A DNA stretch of 45,561 nt from a virus. Lineage: Duplodnaviria > Caudoviricetes. The notes beneath the pieces are model-generated. The model had not been told where the DNA came from. It made no database searches and saw only the letters and a program-made list of their open reading frames with translations. The position numbers and the translations under genes are program-made. Shown in pieces: positions 35,591 through 44,287 of this stretch. The stretch spans positions 1 to 45,561 of IMG/VR virus record IMGVR_UViG_3300002101_000015. One strand, 5' to 3'. Every line of letters starts with the position of its first letter. Position 1 is the stretch's first letter.

Positions 35591-36490
35591 TTGATTCAGA
35601 TATTAGAACTATTCGGGGGAATAGGAAGCCCAAGGAAGGCTTTGATAAACTTAGGAGTACCTGTAAAGGCTATAGACTATGTTGAGATAGATGAGAAGGC
35701 TATTAGGAGCTATAATGCAATATTCAGCAAGGAGTTAAAGTATAAAAGTCAAACAGTGGTTGGATATAATCTTAAGCCGGATATATTAATACATGGTAGC
35801 CCTTGCCAAGATTTCAGCATAGCAGGCCACCAGAAAGGCGCAGACGAAGGAACGGAAACAAGGTCAAGCCTTATGTGGGAAACCATTAATATTATCAAGC
35901 AGATGGGTGTATGGAAGCCAAGAGTTGTTATTTGGGAAAATGTAAAGAATGTTCTTAGCAAGTATATGCTCCATAACTTTAATAAATATTTAGAAGAAAT
36001 GCAGAGATTAGGGTATATGAACTCCTTTGAGGTATTAGATGCAAGGGAGTTCGGATTACCACAGGCAAGGCAAAGAGTTTTTACTATAAGTTGCATAGAT
36101 GGGATATATTTTAACTTCCAAACACTTGAAAGAAAGCCAATGAGAAATATAAAAGAGTTTTTAGAAGATAATGTTTCAGAGGAATTTACCGTAACGCAAC
36201 CAAGCATTTTAAATGTAATAGGGAGTAAGGGAATTAAAAGAGCAACAGTAATTAAGGACCATTGCTACACAATTACGGAAAGGCAAGATAGATGTCCAGC
36301 TCAAGTAATTGATATTGGAAATAGTAAATACAGGTTTTTAACAGATAGAGAATGTTGGAGATTACAAGGCTACACAGATGAGGATTTCAACGCAGCAGCC
36401 AAAGTAAACACCCGGAGGACTTTATATAAACAGTCAGGTAATTCAATTCCTGTAACAATATTTGAAAGTATATTTAAACAAATTATTTAA
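35591..36490 (+). CDS. DNA cytosine-5 methyltransferase (orphan)
   Basis: ELFGGIG, GSPCQDFS, ENV, QARQRVF and GNS motifs. Confidence 0.93.
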   Translation: MIQILELFGGIGSPRKALINLGVPVKAIDYVEIDEKAIRSYNAIFSKELKYKSQTVVGYNLKPDILIHGSPCQDFSIAGHQKGADEGTETRSSLMWETINIIKQMGVWKPRVVIWENVKNVLSKYMLHNFNKYLEEMQRLGYMNSFEVLDAREFGLPQARQRVFTISCIDGIYFNFQTLERKPMRNIKEFLEDNVSEEFTVTQPSILNVIGSKGIKRATVIKDHCYTITERQDRCPAQVIDIGNSKYRFLTDRECWRLQGYTDEDFNAAAKVNTRRTLYKQSGNSIPVTIFESIFKQII

Positions 36491-36515
36491 TAGAACCTGA
36501 AAGGAGATAGAAATT

Positions 36516-36815
36516 ATGGGCTGTAAATGTGCAAAAGTAACTGATGAATACCATGGATGGGAATGCAGCATAACTGATGGAGAATGTATTTATATGTATC
36601 CGGATAGTAAAAGATGCGCTAAGGAATACGGAGAAGGACCAGATGCTCCACATGATAATTGTGAGGATTGTGAAAACTTCTATTTAGAAAATCATAAAAG
36701 ATGTTGTACAAAAAATCCGTTAGCTTTAATAGATGGCGATATAGTTCCAAGTAAATATATTGATGATGATACTTTATGTTGCGGAGGGTTTAAAGCAAAA
36801 TATGAAAGGAGATAG
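36516..36815 (+). CDS. Cys-rich hypothetical protein
   Basis: AAGGAG RBS; many Cys residues. Confidence 0.65.
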   Translation: MGCKCAKVTDEYHGWECSITDGECIYMYPDSKRCAKEYGEGPDAPHDNCEDCENFYLENHKRCCTKNPLALIDGDIVPSKYIDDDTLCCGGFKAKYERR

Positions 36816-36817
36816 AA

Positions 36818-37360
36818 ATGAGAGAAATTAAATTTAGAGTATGGGAAGGGAAATATGAAATAGGCTCGGATGGAACAGTTTGGAGCTTAGACTATAACCA
36901 TACAAGTAAAAGAAAACAACTGAGAACATATTTGGATAAGGCTGGATACCCTTATGTATTTTTAAATAATTATGGTAAAAGAACAAAGGCAATGGTTCAT
37001 AGAATGGTTGCAGAAAATTTTCTTGAAAAGCCAATTAATAAAAATCAAGTAAACCATAAAAATGGCGTAAGAAACGATAATCAATTAGAAAATTTAGAGT
37101 GGGTAACGCCACAAGAAAATGCTATTCATGGGTGGAGGTGCAACGGTAGAAAGGTTTCGGATAAGCAACGATTAACTATGTCAAAAAATTCAAAAGGCGA
37201 GTTAAATCCTAAAGCTAAAATGACTTATAAAAAGGCGATAGAGTTAAGAGGATTACGTGAAAATGGGGCAAGTCTTAAAGAGTTGTCGAAAATATTTGAT
37301 ATTAGCGTTTCTCAGGTTTGCGCAATAGCACAAGGGAGGTTTTGGAATGAAAAAGTTTAG
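36818..37360 (+). CDS. HNH homing endonuclease
   Basis: VHRMVAENF..VNHKNGVRNDNQLENLEWVTPQEN; C-terminal HTH. Confidence 0.9.
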   Translation: MREIKFRVWEGKYEIGSDGTVWSLDYNHTSKRKQLRTYLDKAGYPYVFLNNYGKRTKAMVHRMVAENFLEKPINKNQVNHKNGVRNDNQLENLEWVTPQENAIHGWRCNGRKVSDKQRLTMSKNSKGELNPKAKMTYKKAIELRGLRENGASLKELSKIFDISVSQVCAIAQGRFWNEKV

Positions 37361-37727
37361 GGTGTGGTGTAAGAATAATAAGCAATGGGAAAAAGACGAA
37401 TGTTTTTTATCACAGGATGGGAAATTATATCAACTCAATAAATATCTACAGACTTGTAGCCTCGAAAATCATATTGTAACTTTCGAAACTGGTTTAAAAG
37501 ATAAGAATGGTGTGGAAATTTATGAGGGAGACATTGTTATAAGTAATAATGGTGCAGTGCAAGGAGTCGTAGTATATCAAGCTCCAACCTTTGTAATTAA
37601 AAAGAATGTTAAAAGTAAGTCCTGGACTGAATTTATATTATCAGCAAAAGAAAATCAGTATCAAAAGGTAATAGGAAATATCTATGAAAATCCAGAACTC
37701 TTGAAAGGAGATAAATTTGAAAGCTGA
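37347..37727 (+). CDS. YopX-family protein
   Basis: KFRVW, TGLKDKNGVEIYEGDIV, VIGNIYENPELL. Confidence 0.9.
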   Translation: MKKFRVWCKNNKQWEKDECFLSQDGKLYQLNKYLQTCSLENHIVTFETGLKDKNGVEIYEGDIVISNNGAVQGVVVYQAPTFVIKKNVKSKSWTEFILSAKENQYQKVIGNIYENPELLKGDKFES

Positions 37728-37998
37728 AAATAGCAAATTTGATTTTGGTAATTTTGGTGATGAAGGTTACCATCATTATGCAGTAAATGCAGGTAAGCAT
37801 ACTAAAGAAGAAGCTATTAAAATCTACGAAAAAGAAAGATACAACGAAGCGCCTTATATAGTTGAACAATCTCATGTTAAGTGGAGAGCAGGAGTAAATG
37901 AAGATGGTAAACCATGTGTAGGATGGTGGTTTGATTATTATCCAACAGAAAAACGAAGCGTTTTGGTATGGGCTTTTAGATATAAATCTAATAAATAG
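37717..37998 (+). CDS. Hypothetical protein
   Basis: AAGGAG RBS with TTG start. Confidence 0.65.
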   Translation: MKAENSKFDFGNFGDEGYHHYAVNAGKHTKEEAIKIYEKERYNEAPYIVEQSHVKWRAGVNEDGKPCVGWWFDYYPTEKRSVLVWAFRYKSNK

Positions 37999-38003
37999 TT
38001 AAT

Positions 38004-38025
38004 GCGGAATCTGATTAAAAGGTGA
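38004..38025. repeat. Degenerate site D (GCGGAAT-CTGATTAA-AAGGTGA)
   Basis: 5 bp after a stop codon; same geometry with TG replacing the right CG. Confidence 0.4.
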
Positions 38026-38050
38026 CTTAAAATTGAAAGGGTGAAGTAAA

Positions 38051-38410
38051 ATGTCATTAAAATTAAAAAAGGGTATTAATCCACAAAAGTTAATGAATTA
38101 TGGGTTTAAAACAGGAAAGGAATGGGCTAAACAAGGTGAAAGGTGTTTAGAGGGCGAAGGCTATAGCTATCAACATGAATGGTATCATAAATTTTTAATG
38201 GATGAAGAAAATCCTAACAAAATCCTATATGCAGATGAAGAATATGACCAACCCCTCGTTCATATTTCAATGAGAACTGGTGGGAATTTTCCTAATGACT
38301 TATATATAGATTGTACTCCTTCTGGAACTTACCATATTGGAGGTTCGGAATTAGACGTTATAACAGAAACAATATTTGACTTAGTAAATGATGGTCTTTT
38401 AGAAAAATAG
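38051..38410 (+). CDS. Hypothetical protein (between sites D and E)
   Basis: AAGGGTG RBS. Confidence 0.7.
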   Translation: MSLKLKKGINPQKLMNYGFKTGKEWAKQGERCLEGEGYSYQHEWYHKFLMDEENPNKILYADEEYDQPLVHISMRTGGNFPNDLYIDCTPSGTYHIGGSELDVITETIFDLVNDGLLEK

Positions 38411-38417
38411 ATTAGTT

Positions 38418-38439
38418 ACGCATTTCAAATATATGGCGC
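38418..38439. repeat. Quasi-palindromic site E (ACGCATT-TCAAATAT-ATGGCGC)
   Basis: Just after a stop codon and ~120 bp upstream of the second recombinase. Confidence 0.62.
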
Positions 38440-38452
38440 AATAAAAACTAAT

Positions 38453-38555
38453 AAAAAGAGAGCTTGCAGTCTGGACAACTCTTAAGCTCTCTTAATCTCA
38501 CAGAGGAGATTAAATAAAGTATAACATAAATCTCCTTTAATTAAAAATTAGGAGG
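38453..38555. promoter_or_regulatory. Structured leader / antisense RNA unit of the second recombinase
   Basis: Hairpins at 38456-38493 and 38492-38513; anti-SD AATCTCCT at 38529-38536; - strand TGnTATACT. Confidence 0.5.
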
Positions 38556-38560
38556 AAATT

Positions 38561-39556
38561 ATGAATACAGATAATGCAAAAGATGAAGTGATAATTAAAC
38601 TGGTTGGAAAGTTAACATTAGAGTTTCCAGATATAGATCAGTTAAAAGTCAGAAGAATTGCCGAGGAAGTAATGTACAAATATACAATAAATTCAACAGA
38701 GACATCCCTCGTTGTTACAGACATAGATCAAAGGATAGAGATATATCTTGCTTGTAAAAGACTTGATGGATTAAGCTCTAAGACACTAAAGGGATATGAA
38801 CAAAATTTATTTATATTTGCAAGTTATATTAAAAAACCCATAGCAACGGTAAATACAATGGATCTGAGAATGTTTCTGGCAGTAAGGTGCAAAAATCTTA
38901 AACCAAGCAGTACAAATACTCAAATGTCAATTCTAAAATCATTCTTTGGGTGGCTTTATGAAGAGGAATATATACCGACTAATCCAAGTAAAAAATTAAA
39001 ACAAACTAAAGAACCAAAGAGATTGCGATATGCACTAACTGATGAAGAAATAGAAAATTTAAGGCAAGTTTGCAGTACAGATAAAGAAAAATCATTATTA
39101 GAGTTTTTAGTAAGTACCGGATGCAGGCTAAGTGAAGCAACTCAAATAGATATAGATTCAATAAATTGGTTTGAATTAAGCCTAAATGTAATTGGAAAAG
39201 GCAACAAAGAAAGAAAAGTATTCTTTACTATCAAAGCTAAGATCTTATTAAAAAAGTATTTGAAAAATAGAAAAGGGAAGAGCAAAGCTTTATTTATAAG
39301 TGAAAAGGCACCCTACGCAAGACTTGGAAACAGAGGAATTGAATATATAATCCATAGAATAGCGTTAAGAGCTAATTTTGATAAGTCAGTATTCCCTCAT
39401 CTGTTTAGACATAGTTTTGCAACACATAATCTTAATGCTGGGATGCCTTTACCAATATTACAAAAGCTCATGGGACATACAAGTGCTGATACAACGATGA
39501 TTTATGCTGAAATGAGTGAGGAAAATGTTAGGCATGAGTACAAACGAATATCTTAA
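38561..39556 (+). CDS. Second tyrosine recombinase (XerC/D-like)
   Basis: TGCRLSE, GKGNKER, HLFRHS and LMGH..TTMIY motifs; SAM-like N-terminal domain. Confidence 0.93.
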   Translation: MNTDNAKDEVIIKLVGKLTLEFPDIDQLKVRRIAEEVMYKYTINSTETSLVVTDIDQRIEIYLACKRLDGLSSKTLKGYEQNLFIFASYIKKPIATVNTMDLRMFLAVRCKNLKPSSTNTQMSILKSFFGWLYEEEYIPTNPSKKLKQTKEPKRLRYALTDEEIENLRQVCSTDKEKSLLEFLVSTGCRLSEATQIDIDSINWFELSLNVIGKGNKERKVFFTIKAKILLKKYLKNRKGKSKALFISEKAPYARLGNRGIEYIIHRIALRANFDKSVFPHLFRHSFATHNLNAGMPLPILQKLMGHTSADTTMIYAEMSEENVRHEYKRIS

Positions 39557-39572
39557 AAATAAGGAGGCAAGG

Positions 39573-39809
39573 ATGTTTAACGAAGAAAGAGTTGGATTTA
39601 GTCAAGAAATTAGAGAATTAAAGATCGAGAATGAAAACCTTAAAAAAGAAGTTGTATATTTCATGAAGTTAGCTTTCATGGTAAAGCCAATGCAGACAAG
39701 CTCTATTAACAAAGAATTCTGGGCTGATGAAGTAGAAAGACGTTATTGGGAGGGCAAGGCAGCTAATAAGGCGATTGAAGAAGTCATAATTGAGATGGAG
39801 GGAGCATGA
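39573..39809 (+). CDS. Hypothetical protein
   Basis: AAGGAGG RBS supports ATG at 39573. Confidence 0.65.
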   Translation: MFNEERVGFSQEIRELKIENENLKKEVVYFMKLAFMVKPMQTSSINKEFWADEVERRYWEGKAANKAIEEVIIEMEGA

Positions 39810-40213
39810 ACAAAGGTTTAAGAGAATTGATAAAAGAAAAAGCCGAGAACTGCTGCGTAATATGCAAACGTCATTGTAGAGGAACAGGAACTCCTCACCA
39901 TGTCATCAAACTAAGTGAGGAGCCCTTATTAAGAAATTGTGAAACCAATGTATGGTGGACCTGCGAAGTCTGCCATACAAGGACAGAGAATGAGCCAGGA
40001 TATAATCACCAATTGCAATTGCAATTAAGAGATCATTACCAAACCTTATTCTCTACAACTAAAAATTATAACATAAAAGAGATAGCAGCAATAGTGAATA
40101 TGCCTATTAAAGACATAGAAAAAGCAAGTTATAAAAGAATGATAAAAACAATAGATGACAAAGCAGATGGTGAGGAAGTAATCAGATTTTTAACGAGGGG
40201 AGTTCAAGAATGA
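39806..40213 (+). CDS. HNH-like Zn-binding nuclease
   Basis: CVIC..HH..N..CEVCH. Confidence 0.65.
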   Translation: MNKGLRELIKEKAENCCVICKRHCRGTGTPHHVIKLSEEPLLRNCETNVWWTCEVCHTRTENEPGYNHQLQLQLRDHYQTLFSTTKNYNIKEIAAIVNMPIKDIEKASYKRMIKTIDDKADGEEVIRFLTRGVQE

Positions 40214-40632
40214 GCAAATATAATTCTAAAAAAATAACACTTGATGGTATTTGCTTTGATAGCAAAGATGAGGCTGAATATTATAAATATCTACTGCAGA
40301 GAAAAGCAAAAGAAGAAATATTAAACTTTGAACTACAACCAACTTATGAACTCATACCCAAGTTTAAAAAAGATGGTAAATCATACAGAGCAATGACATA
40401 CACACCTGATTATTTAATATATCACTTGGATGATTCCCTGGAGCTTATAGATGTCAAAGGTTTCAGTACACAACAAGGAGATATTAGAAAAAAGTTATTC
40501 AATTATAAATATCCTGACTTAAAACTGACTTGGATAGCAAGGTCCTTAAAGTTTGGGGAAGATGGTTGGATAGAATATGAAGATCTTAAAAAAAAGAGAA
40601 GGGAGAATAAGAAAAATGGGACGAATTCTTAA
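40210..40632 (+). CDS. DUF1064-family PD-(D/E)XK nuclease
   Basis: SKYNSKK..DGICFDSKDEA..LQP..YTPDY..DVKG. Confidence 0.85.
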   Translation: MSKYNSKKITLDGICFDSKDEAEYYKYLLQRKAKEEILNFELQPTYELIPKFKKDGKSYRAMTYTPDYLIYHLDDSLELIDVKGFSTQQGDIRKKLFNYKYPDLKLTWIARSLKFGEDGWIEYEDLKKKRRENKKNGTNS

Positions 40633-41263
40633 AATAATTGATTTAAGCACTGGAGAACAGCTTGAAAATATTGAATTTAGTGGTGGTTATAATATCCAAT
40701 ATGCAAATGGTGAGGATAGCGGAAGGATCCAAAAGATAACTAAGCTTGATAATGCCAAATTTGATGATAAACACTGGATTAAAAATCTAATATATAGACC
40801 ATTGTGTCATAAGTTGATTGAAAAGTTTGAAGAGCTGAGTCACATAAGAATCGAACGTATTTTATTCCTTGAAGATACTAACTGGATCAAACCGGATAAT
40901 AATAAAAAGCAATGGATTGCAAGAGTACAAGCTACCAATAAGCAGTTTCAGTCAATTACGGGCTATGCTAATATTTTAGAAACCAGAAGCTTTTACATTG
41001 ACAATATGAGTGTAGAGCAGGTAGCAGCACTTATGTATCACGAACTTAGACATATTGATATTGATGGTAGTTTAATACCTCATGATGTAGAGGACTGGTC
41101 CAATATGGTTGCAACCTTAGGAACTGATTGGGGCAGTACAAAATCTAACATAATCGATATTCTGGACGATAATTTTGGGGAATGGGATGAACTTAGGTCC
41201 AATGGTAAGCAATTGAGTTTTTATAACAATGTTACAAGGTTCAAACCTGCAAACGAAGCATAG
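40616..41263 (+). CDS. Putative phage metallopeptidase
   Basis: YHELRH...PHDVED zincin motif. Confidence 0.75.
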   Translation: MGRILKIIDLSTGEQLENIEFSGGYNIQYANGEDSGRIQKITKLDNAKFDDKHWIKNLIYRPLCHKLIEKFEELSHIRIERILFLEDTNWIKPDNNKKQWIARVQATNKQFQSITGYANILETRSFYIDNMSVEQVAALMYHELRHIDIDGSLIPHDVEDWSNMVATLGTDWGSTKSNIIDILDDNFGEWDELRSNGKQLSFYNNVTRFKPANEA

Positions 41264-41274
41264 GGGTTGAATAA

Positions 41275-41874
41275 ATGAAGAGGATTTGGCAACCGATAGA
41301 AATTCAAAAGATAGTTGAAAGTGGCAATAAAACAATTCTCCAGGTTGCCACTTCTCTTTCCAAAGAAGAAATATTAAAATATTCAACTACATCGGGACTT
41401 TCAGGAGAAATCAAGTTTGATGATAAAAGGCTAATTTCAAGTCTGCAGCGTAAAAAGATTTTTGCAACTCTAAGGGATATAGCAATGTATACAGGCTATG
41501 AGGTAGAAGAGTTAAGGCAAATAATGCAATACAACTTCTGCATAGAAGCTGAATCAGAATATTTCAGCTTAAGCAGTTGTAGCTTAGAAATAGCCAGAGA
41601 GTTCACAAATCATCTAATTGAGTTTGTAGTTATGAATGATATACCACTTGCTGAATTAGCGATTGAGAGAACAGATGAGATCGGTAAATATTTATTCTAC
41701 TGTCTTAAGCACTCTAAATGTTGTATTTGCAACAAAGAAGGAATTACCTACACCATCAACAACAAAAGAGAAAAAATGTGTCTATGCGATTCACATTATG
41801 ATACCGCCAAGGCTAAAGGCTTAGAACAATTTAATAAGATTTATAAAGTTTATGGAATTAAATATATCGGATAG
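41275..41874 (+). CDS. Putative HNHc-like nuclease-family protein
   Basis: QRKKIFATLRDI..FSLS..CCIC..CLCDSH. Confidence 0.6.
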   Translation: MKRIWQPIEIQKIVESGNKTILQVATSLSKEEILKYSTTSGLSGEIKFDDKRLISSLQRKKIFATLRDIAMYTGYEVEELRQIMQYNFCIEAESEYFSLSSCSLEIAREFTNHLIEFVVMNDIPLAELAIERTDEIGKYLFYCLKHSKCCICNKEGITYTINNKREKMCLCDSHYDTAKAKGLEQFNKIYKVYGIKYIG

Positions 41875-41888
41875 GGAGGAACAGAGAA

Positions 41889-42113
41889 TTGAAAGAATAC
41901 ATCACGTATTTAGTTAAAATAACGCAAGATAGAGGAATAAAAACAATAATCGTAAAGGTTGACCAGACTGACAAAGTCAATAGACCTAATAATATTGATG
42001 ATGATGAATGGATCACGCAGTTAGTTGGAGATGGTTACGGAGATTTCAATGAGATAGAAACAACTAATTTAAGTGAACTGGATTATGAATATTTAGATTT
42101 CGAGGAGGAATAG
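41889..42113 (+). CDS. Hypothetical protein
   Basis: GGAGG RBS. Confidence 0.6.
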   Translation: MKEYITYLVKITQDRGIKTIIVKVDQTDKVNRPNNIDDDEWITQLVGDGYGDFNEIETTNLSELDYEYLDFEEE

Positions 42114-42117
42114 GAAA

Positions 42118-42495
42118 TTGAAGATATACTCCAAGGAAGAAGTAATGAGTTGGGTAAATTTATATCTTACAGGGATAAATGTTAAAGAAGTAGCTAAATA
42201 TTTTAAGATAGGTACAATCACACTGCAAAAGGCATTTGAGGCATTAAAAGAATCAGATGTACAAACATATCAAAAGATATTAAAAATAAAATCTGAGGCA
42301 AAATATAGGGGTAAGCGTGGCAATTTAAAGCAAGGTCATAAAAAAGTAATATTAGATTTTAGCGCGTTACCTGAATCAATAACAGAAAGAAAATTAAAAG
42401 ATTGGGCTGCTAAAGTAGATATAAATATGAGCGGAATAGATCTAATTAAAAAAGCTATGAAGTACGGTATAAACGTAATTGGAGATAAAAAATGA
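42118..42495 (+). CDS. Hypothetical protein with N-terminal HTH-like segment
   Basis: INVKEVAKYFKIGTITL. Confidence 0.6.
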   Translation: MKIYSKEEVMSWVNLYLTGINVKEVAKYFKIGTITLQKAFEALKESDVQTYQKILKIKSEAKYRGKRGNLKQGHKKVILDFSALPESITERKLKDWAAKVDINMSGIDLIKKAMKYGINVIGDKK

Positions 42496-42692
42496 TTATA
42501 TTAGAGGAATTAGATTTCACCTGGAAAGAAGAGACTATTGCAAAGGTCCAAGCAATGTGGGCTGAGGGCATAGGGCTTAAAGAAATAAGTGAAAAGATAA
42601 AACGGAGAGCAGATGAGATTTTCTTACTTCTTATGCACTTAGCTTTGAAAGGTAAAATAAAAAAGCGTAAAGGCTATATATGGGGGATATGA
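42492..42692 (+). CDS. Small HTH-like protein
   Basis: MWAEGIGLKEISEKIKR. Confidence 0.6.
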   Translation: MIILEELDFTWKEETIAKVQAMWAEGIGLKEISEKIKRRADEIFLLLMHLALKGKIKKRKGYIWGI

Positions 42693-42693
42693 G

Positions 42694-43002
42694 ATGAAAG
42701 AATTAAAAGAAGCAGTAAGTAAATTAGTTGGTGAAGAGTTAGAAAGAAGCATGATAAAGTTTCCTTTGTTCAATAGTCCACATGAGGGTTATGGGGTGCT
42801 GAAAGAGGAAATTGAGGAAACTGCAGATGAACTTGCTTATGTTAACAAGCACTTAAATATAGCCTGGGACAAGATTAAAGAAAATAAAGATGCTAAAAAT
42901 ACAATATTTTATTTGAAACAATATGCAATAAACTTAGCAGCAGAAAGTATCCAAGTTGCAGCAATGTGCCAAAAATATCTAAATAGTTTTAAGGAGGATT
43001 AA
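42694..43002 (+). CDS. MazG-like all-helical NTP pyrophosphatase
   Basis: HEGYGVLKEEIEE...ESIQVAAM. Confidence 0.6.
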   Translation: MKELKEAVSKLVGEELERSMIKFPLFNSPHEGYGVLKEEIEETADELAYVNKHLNIAWDKIKENKDAKNTIFYLKQYAINLAAESIQVAAMCQKYLNSFKED

Positions 43003-43005
43003 ATA

Positions 43006-43215
43006 ATGATAATAACAGCATTGAAAATAATTTGCATCATAGTTGTTATCGCATTTGGAATTGGATTGACGCTTGGACTTGCTAAAGCAGGGACTAAAGG
43101 TTCAAGAGCTGAAGAAAGAATGGCTAAAGAAAAAAGGGAAGAAAAGAATTATAAATATTGTAATGATGATTGCTATAGGTGTACTGATGCAAAATGTACT
43201 AAGAGGGTAAAATAA
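43006..43215 (+). CDS. Small membrane-anchored protein with Cys-rich tail
   Basis: N-terminal TM helix; CNDDCYRC..C. Confidence 0.6.
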   Translation: MIITALKIICIIVVIAFGIGLTLGLAKAGTKGSRAEERMAKEKREEKNYKYCNDDCYRCTDAKCTKRVK

Positions 43216-43505
43216 TGAATGAAACTGTTCAACAATATGATATGTTTGGTAATTTAGTAAAAGTAGAACAGATAGTTAAAGCTTCTTCAAATAAATTTAA
43301 AACCATGCAAGAGCAATACGGAAGTTTAGAGGGCCATATATGCAAAGAATGTTATCATCACTTAACCTATAGCTACCATAATAGAAATTATCATAAATGT
43401 AATCTATGGAAGATAAGCCATAGTTCAGCAACAGATATTAGATGTAAAGATACTGCTTGCAAGAAGTTTACACCTGGAGAAAGAGAAATAATCAGGGGAA
43501 ATTAA
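43215..43505 (+). CDS. Cys/His-rich hypothetical protein
   Basis: CKEC..KC..AC. Confidence 0.65.
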   Translation: MNETVQQYDMFGNLVKVEQIVKASSNKFKTMQEQYGSLEGHICKECYHHLTYSYHNRNYHKCNLWKISHSSATDIRCKDTACKKFTPGEREIIRGN

Positions 43506-43523
43506 ATATAACGGAGGTTAAGG

Positions 43524-44036
43524 ATGGAGAAACAACAGATAGAGAAGATGCTTAGAGAATATAAAGTTAAGAAATCACGTGTAGATGCTGCCAATGCAAG
43601 CATAGAAGCTTATGAAAAAGTAATAGAAAATCCTGAAATAGTAGACTCCTGGAGTTATAATATTGATAATAGAGAGCCAGGAATGCCATCTGCTCATAGA
43701 ATGTCTTCTGTAGTAGAAGTAGAAGTATGCGCACAAGAATTAACTATAGATACCATAAAGGAATGGATAGAGGATACCAAAGCACGCATCTTTAAAACTG
43801 CTTTAGAGGTAAAAAGAATCGAAATAGCTCTACAAGGCTTAACATATCAAGAAAAGTTTCTCATAGAATTGAAATATTTTGAAAAGCTTAATTGGAAGAA
43901 TATTGAGATAAACTTTAATCAGAAATTTAGACAACAGAATTGTATCACAGATAGTGGATTACAAAAGATTAATACAATAGCATTGGACAAACTAAGTATA
44001 GTTTTAGATCCTTTTAATGATTATATAAGCAGATAG
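43524..44036 (+). CDS. Late transcriptional activator (RinA/ArpU-like)
   Basis: Last gene of the early operon; LTYQEKFLIELKYF..W sigma-region-4-like motif. Confidence 0.75.
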   Translation: MEKQQIEKMLREYKVKKSRVDAANASIEAYEKVIENPEIVDSWSYNIDNREPGMPSAHRMSSVVEVEVCAQELTIDTIKEWIEDTKARIFKTALEVKRIEIALQGLTYQEKFLIELKYFEKLNWKNIEINFNQKFRQQNCITDSGLQKINTIALDKLSIVLDPFNDYISR

Positions 44037-44196
44037 ACGAAAAGTAACTATAAATGGTAGGTAAAGGGGCGATTTTGGGGCAGTTTTTCGCAATTAAGAG
44101 GTATATGATTAGATTATTACAATATGTCGTAAATTAAATGCTAACAGGTAAAGAACGGTTTACAGTGGGGACTACAAAGCAGTTCAGATGCCTGGT

Positions 44197-44229
44197 AAAG
44201 CACTCTATAATAAAAATAGGGTGCTTTTT
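44197..44229 (+). terminator. Intrinsic terminator
   Basis: AAAGCACTCTAT/ATAGGGTGCTTT plus T tract. Confidence 0.8.
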
Positions 44230-44287
44230 ATTTTAGAAAGAATGTGGAAAATAGTGTTATAATAAAAATAAAAAGGGGTTATAACAC

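Noticed and set aside
44088-44110. Another CGCAAT-type site
   Set aside because: The right arm lacks CG at the 16-bp spacing; more likely part of the late promoter
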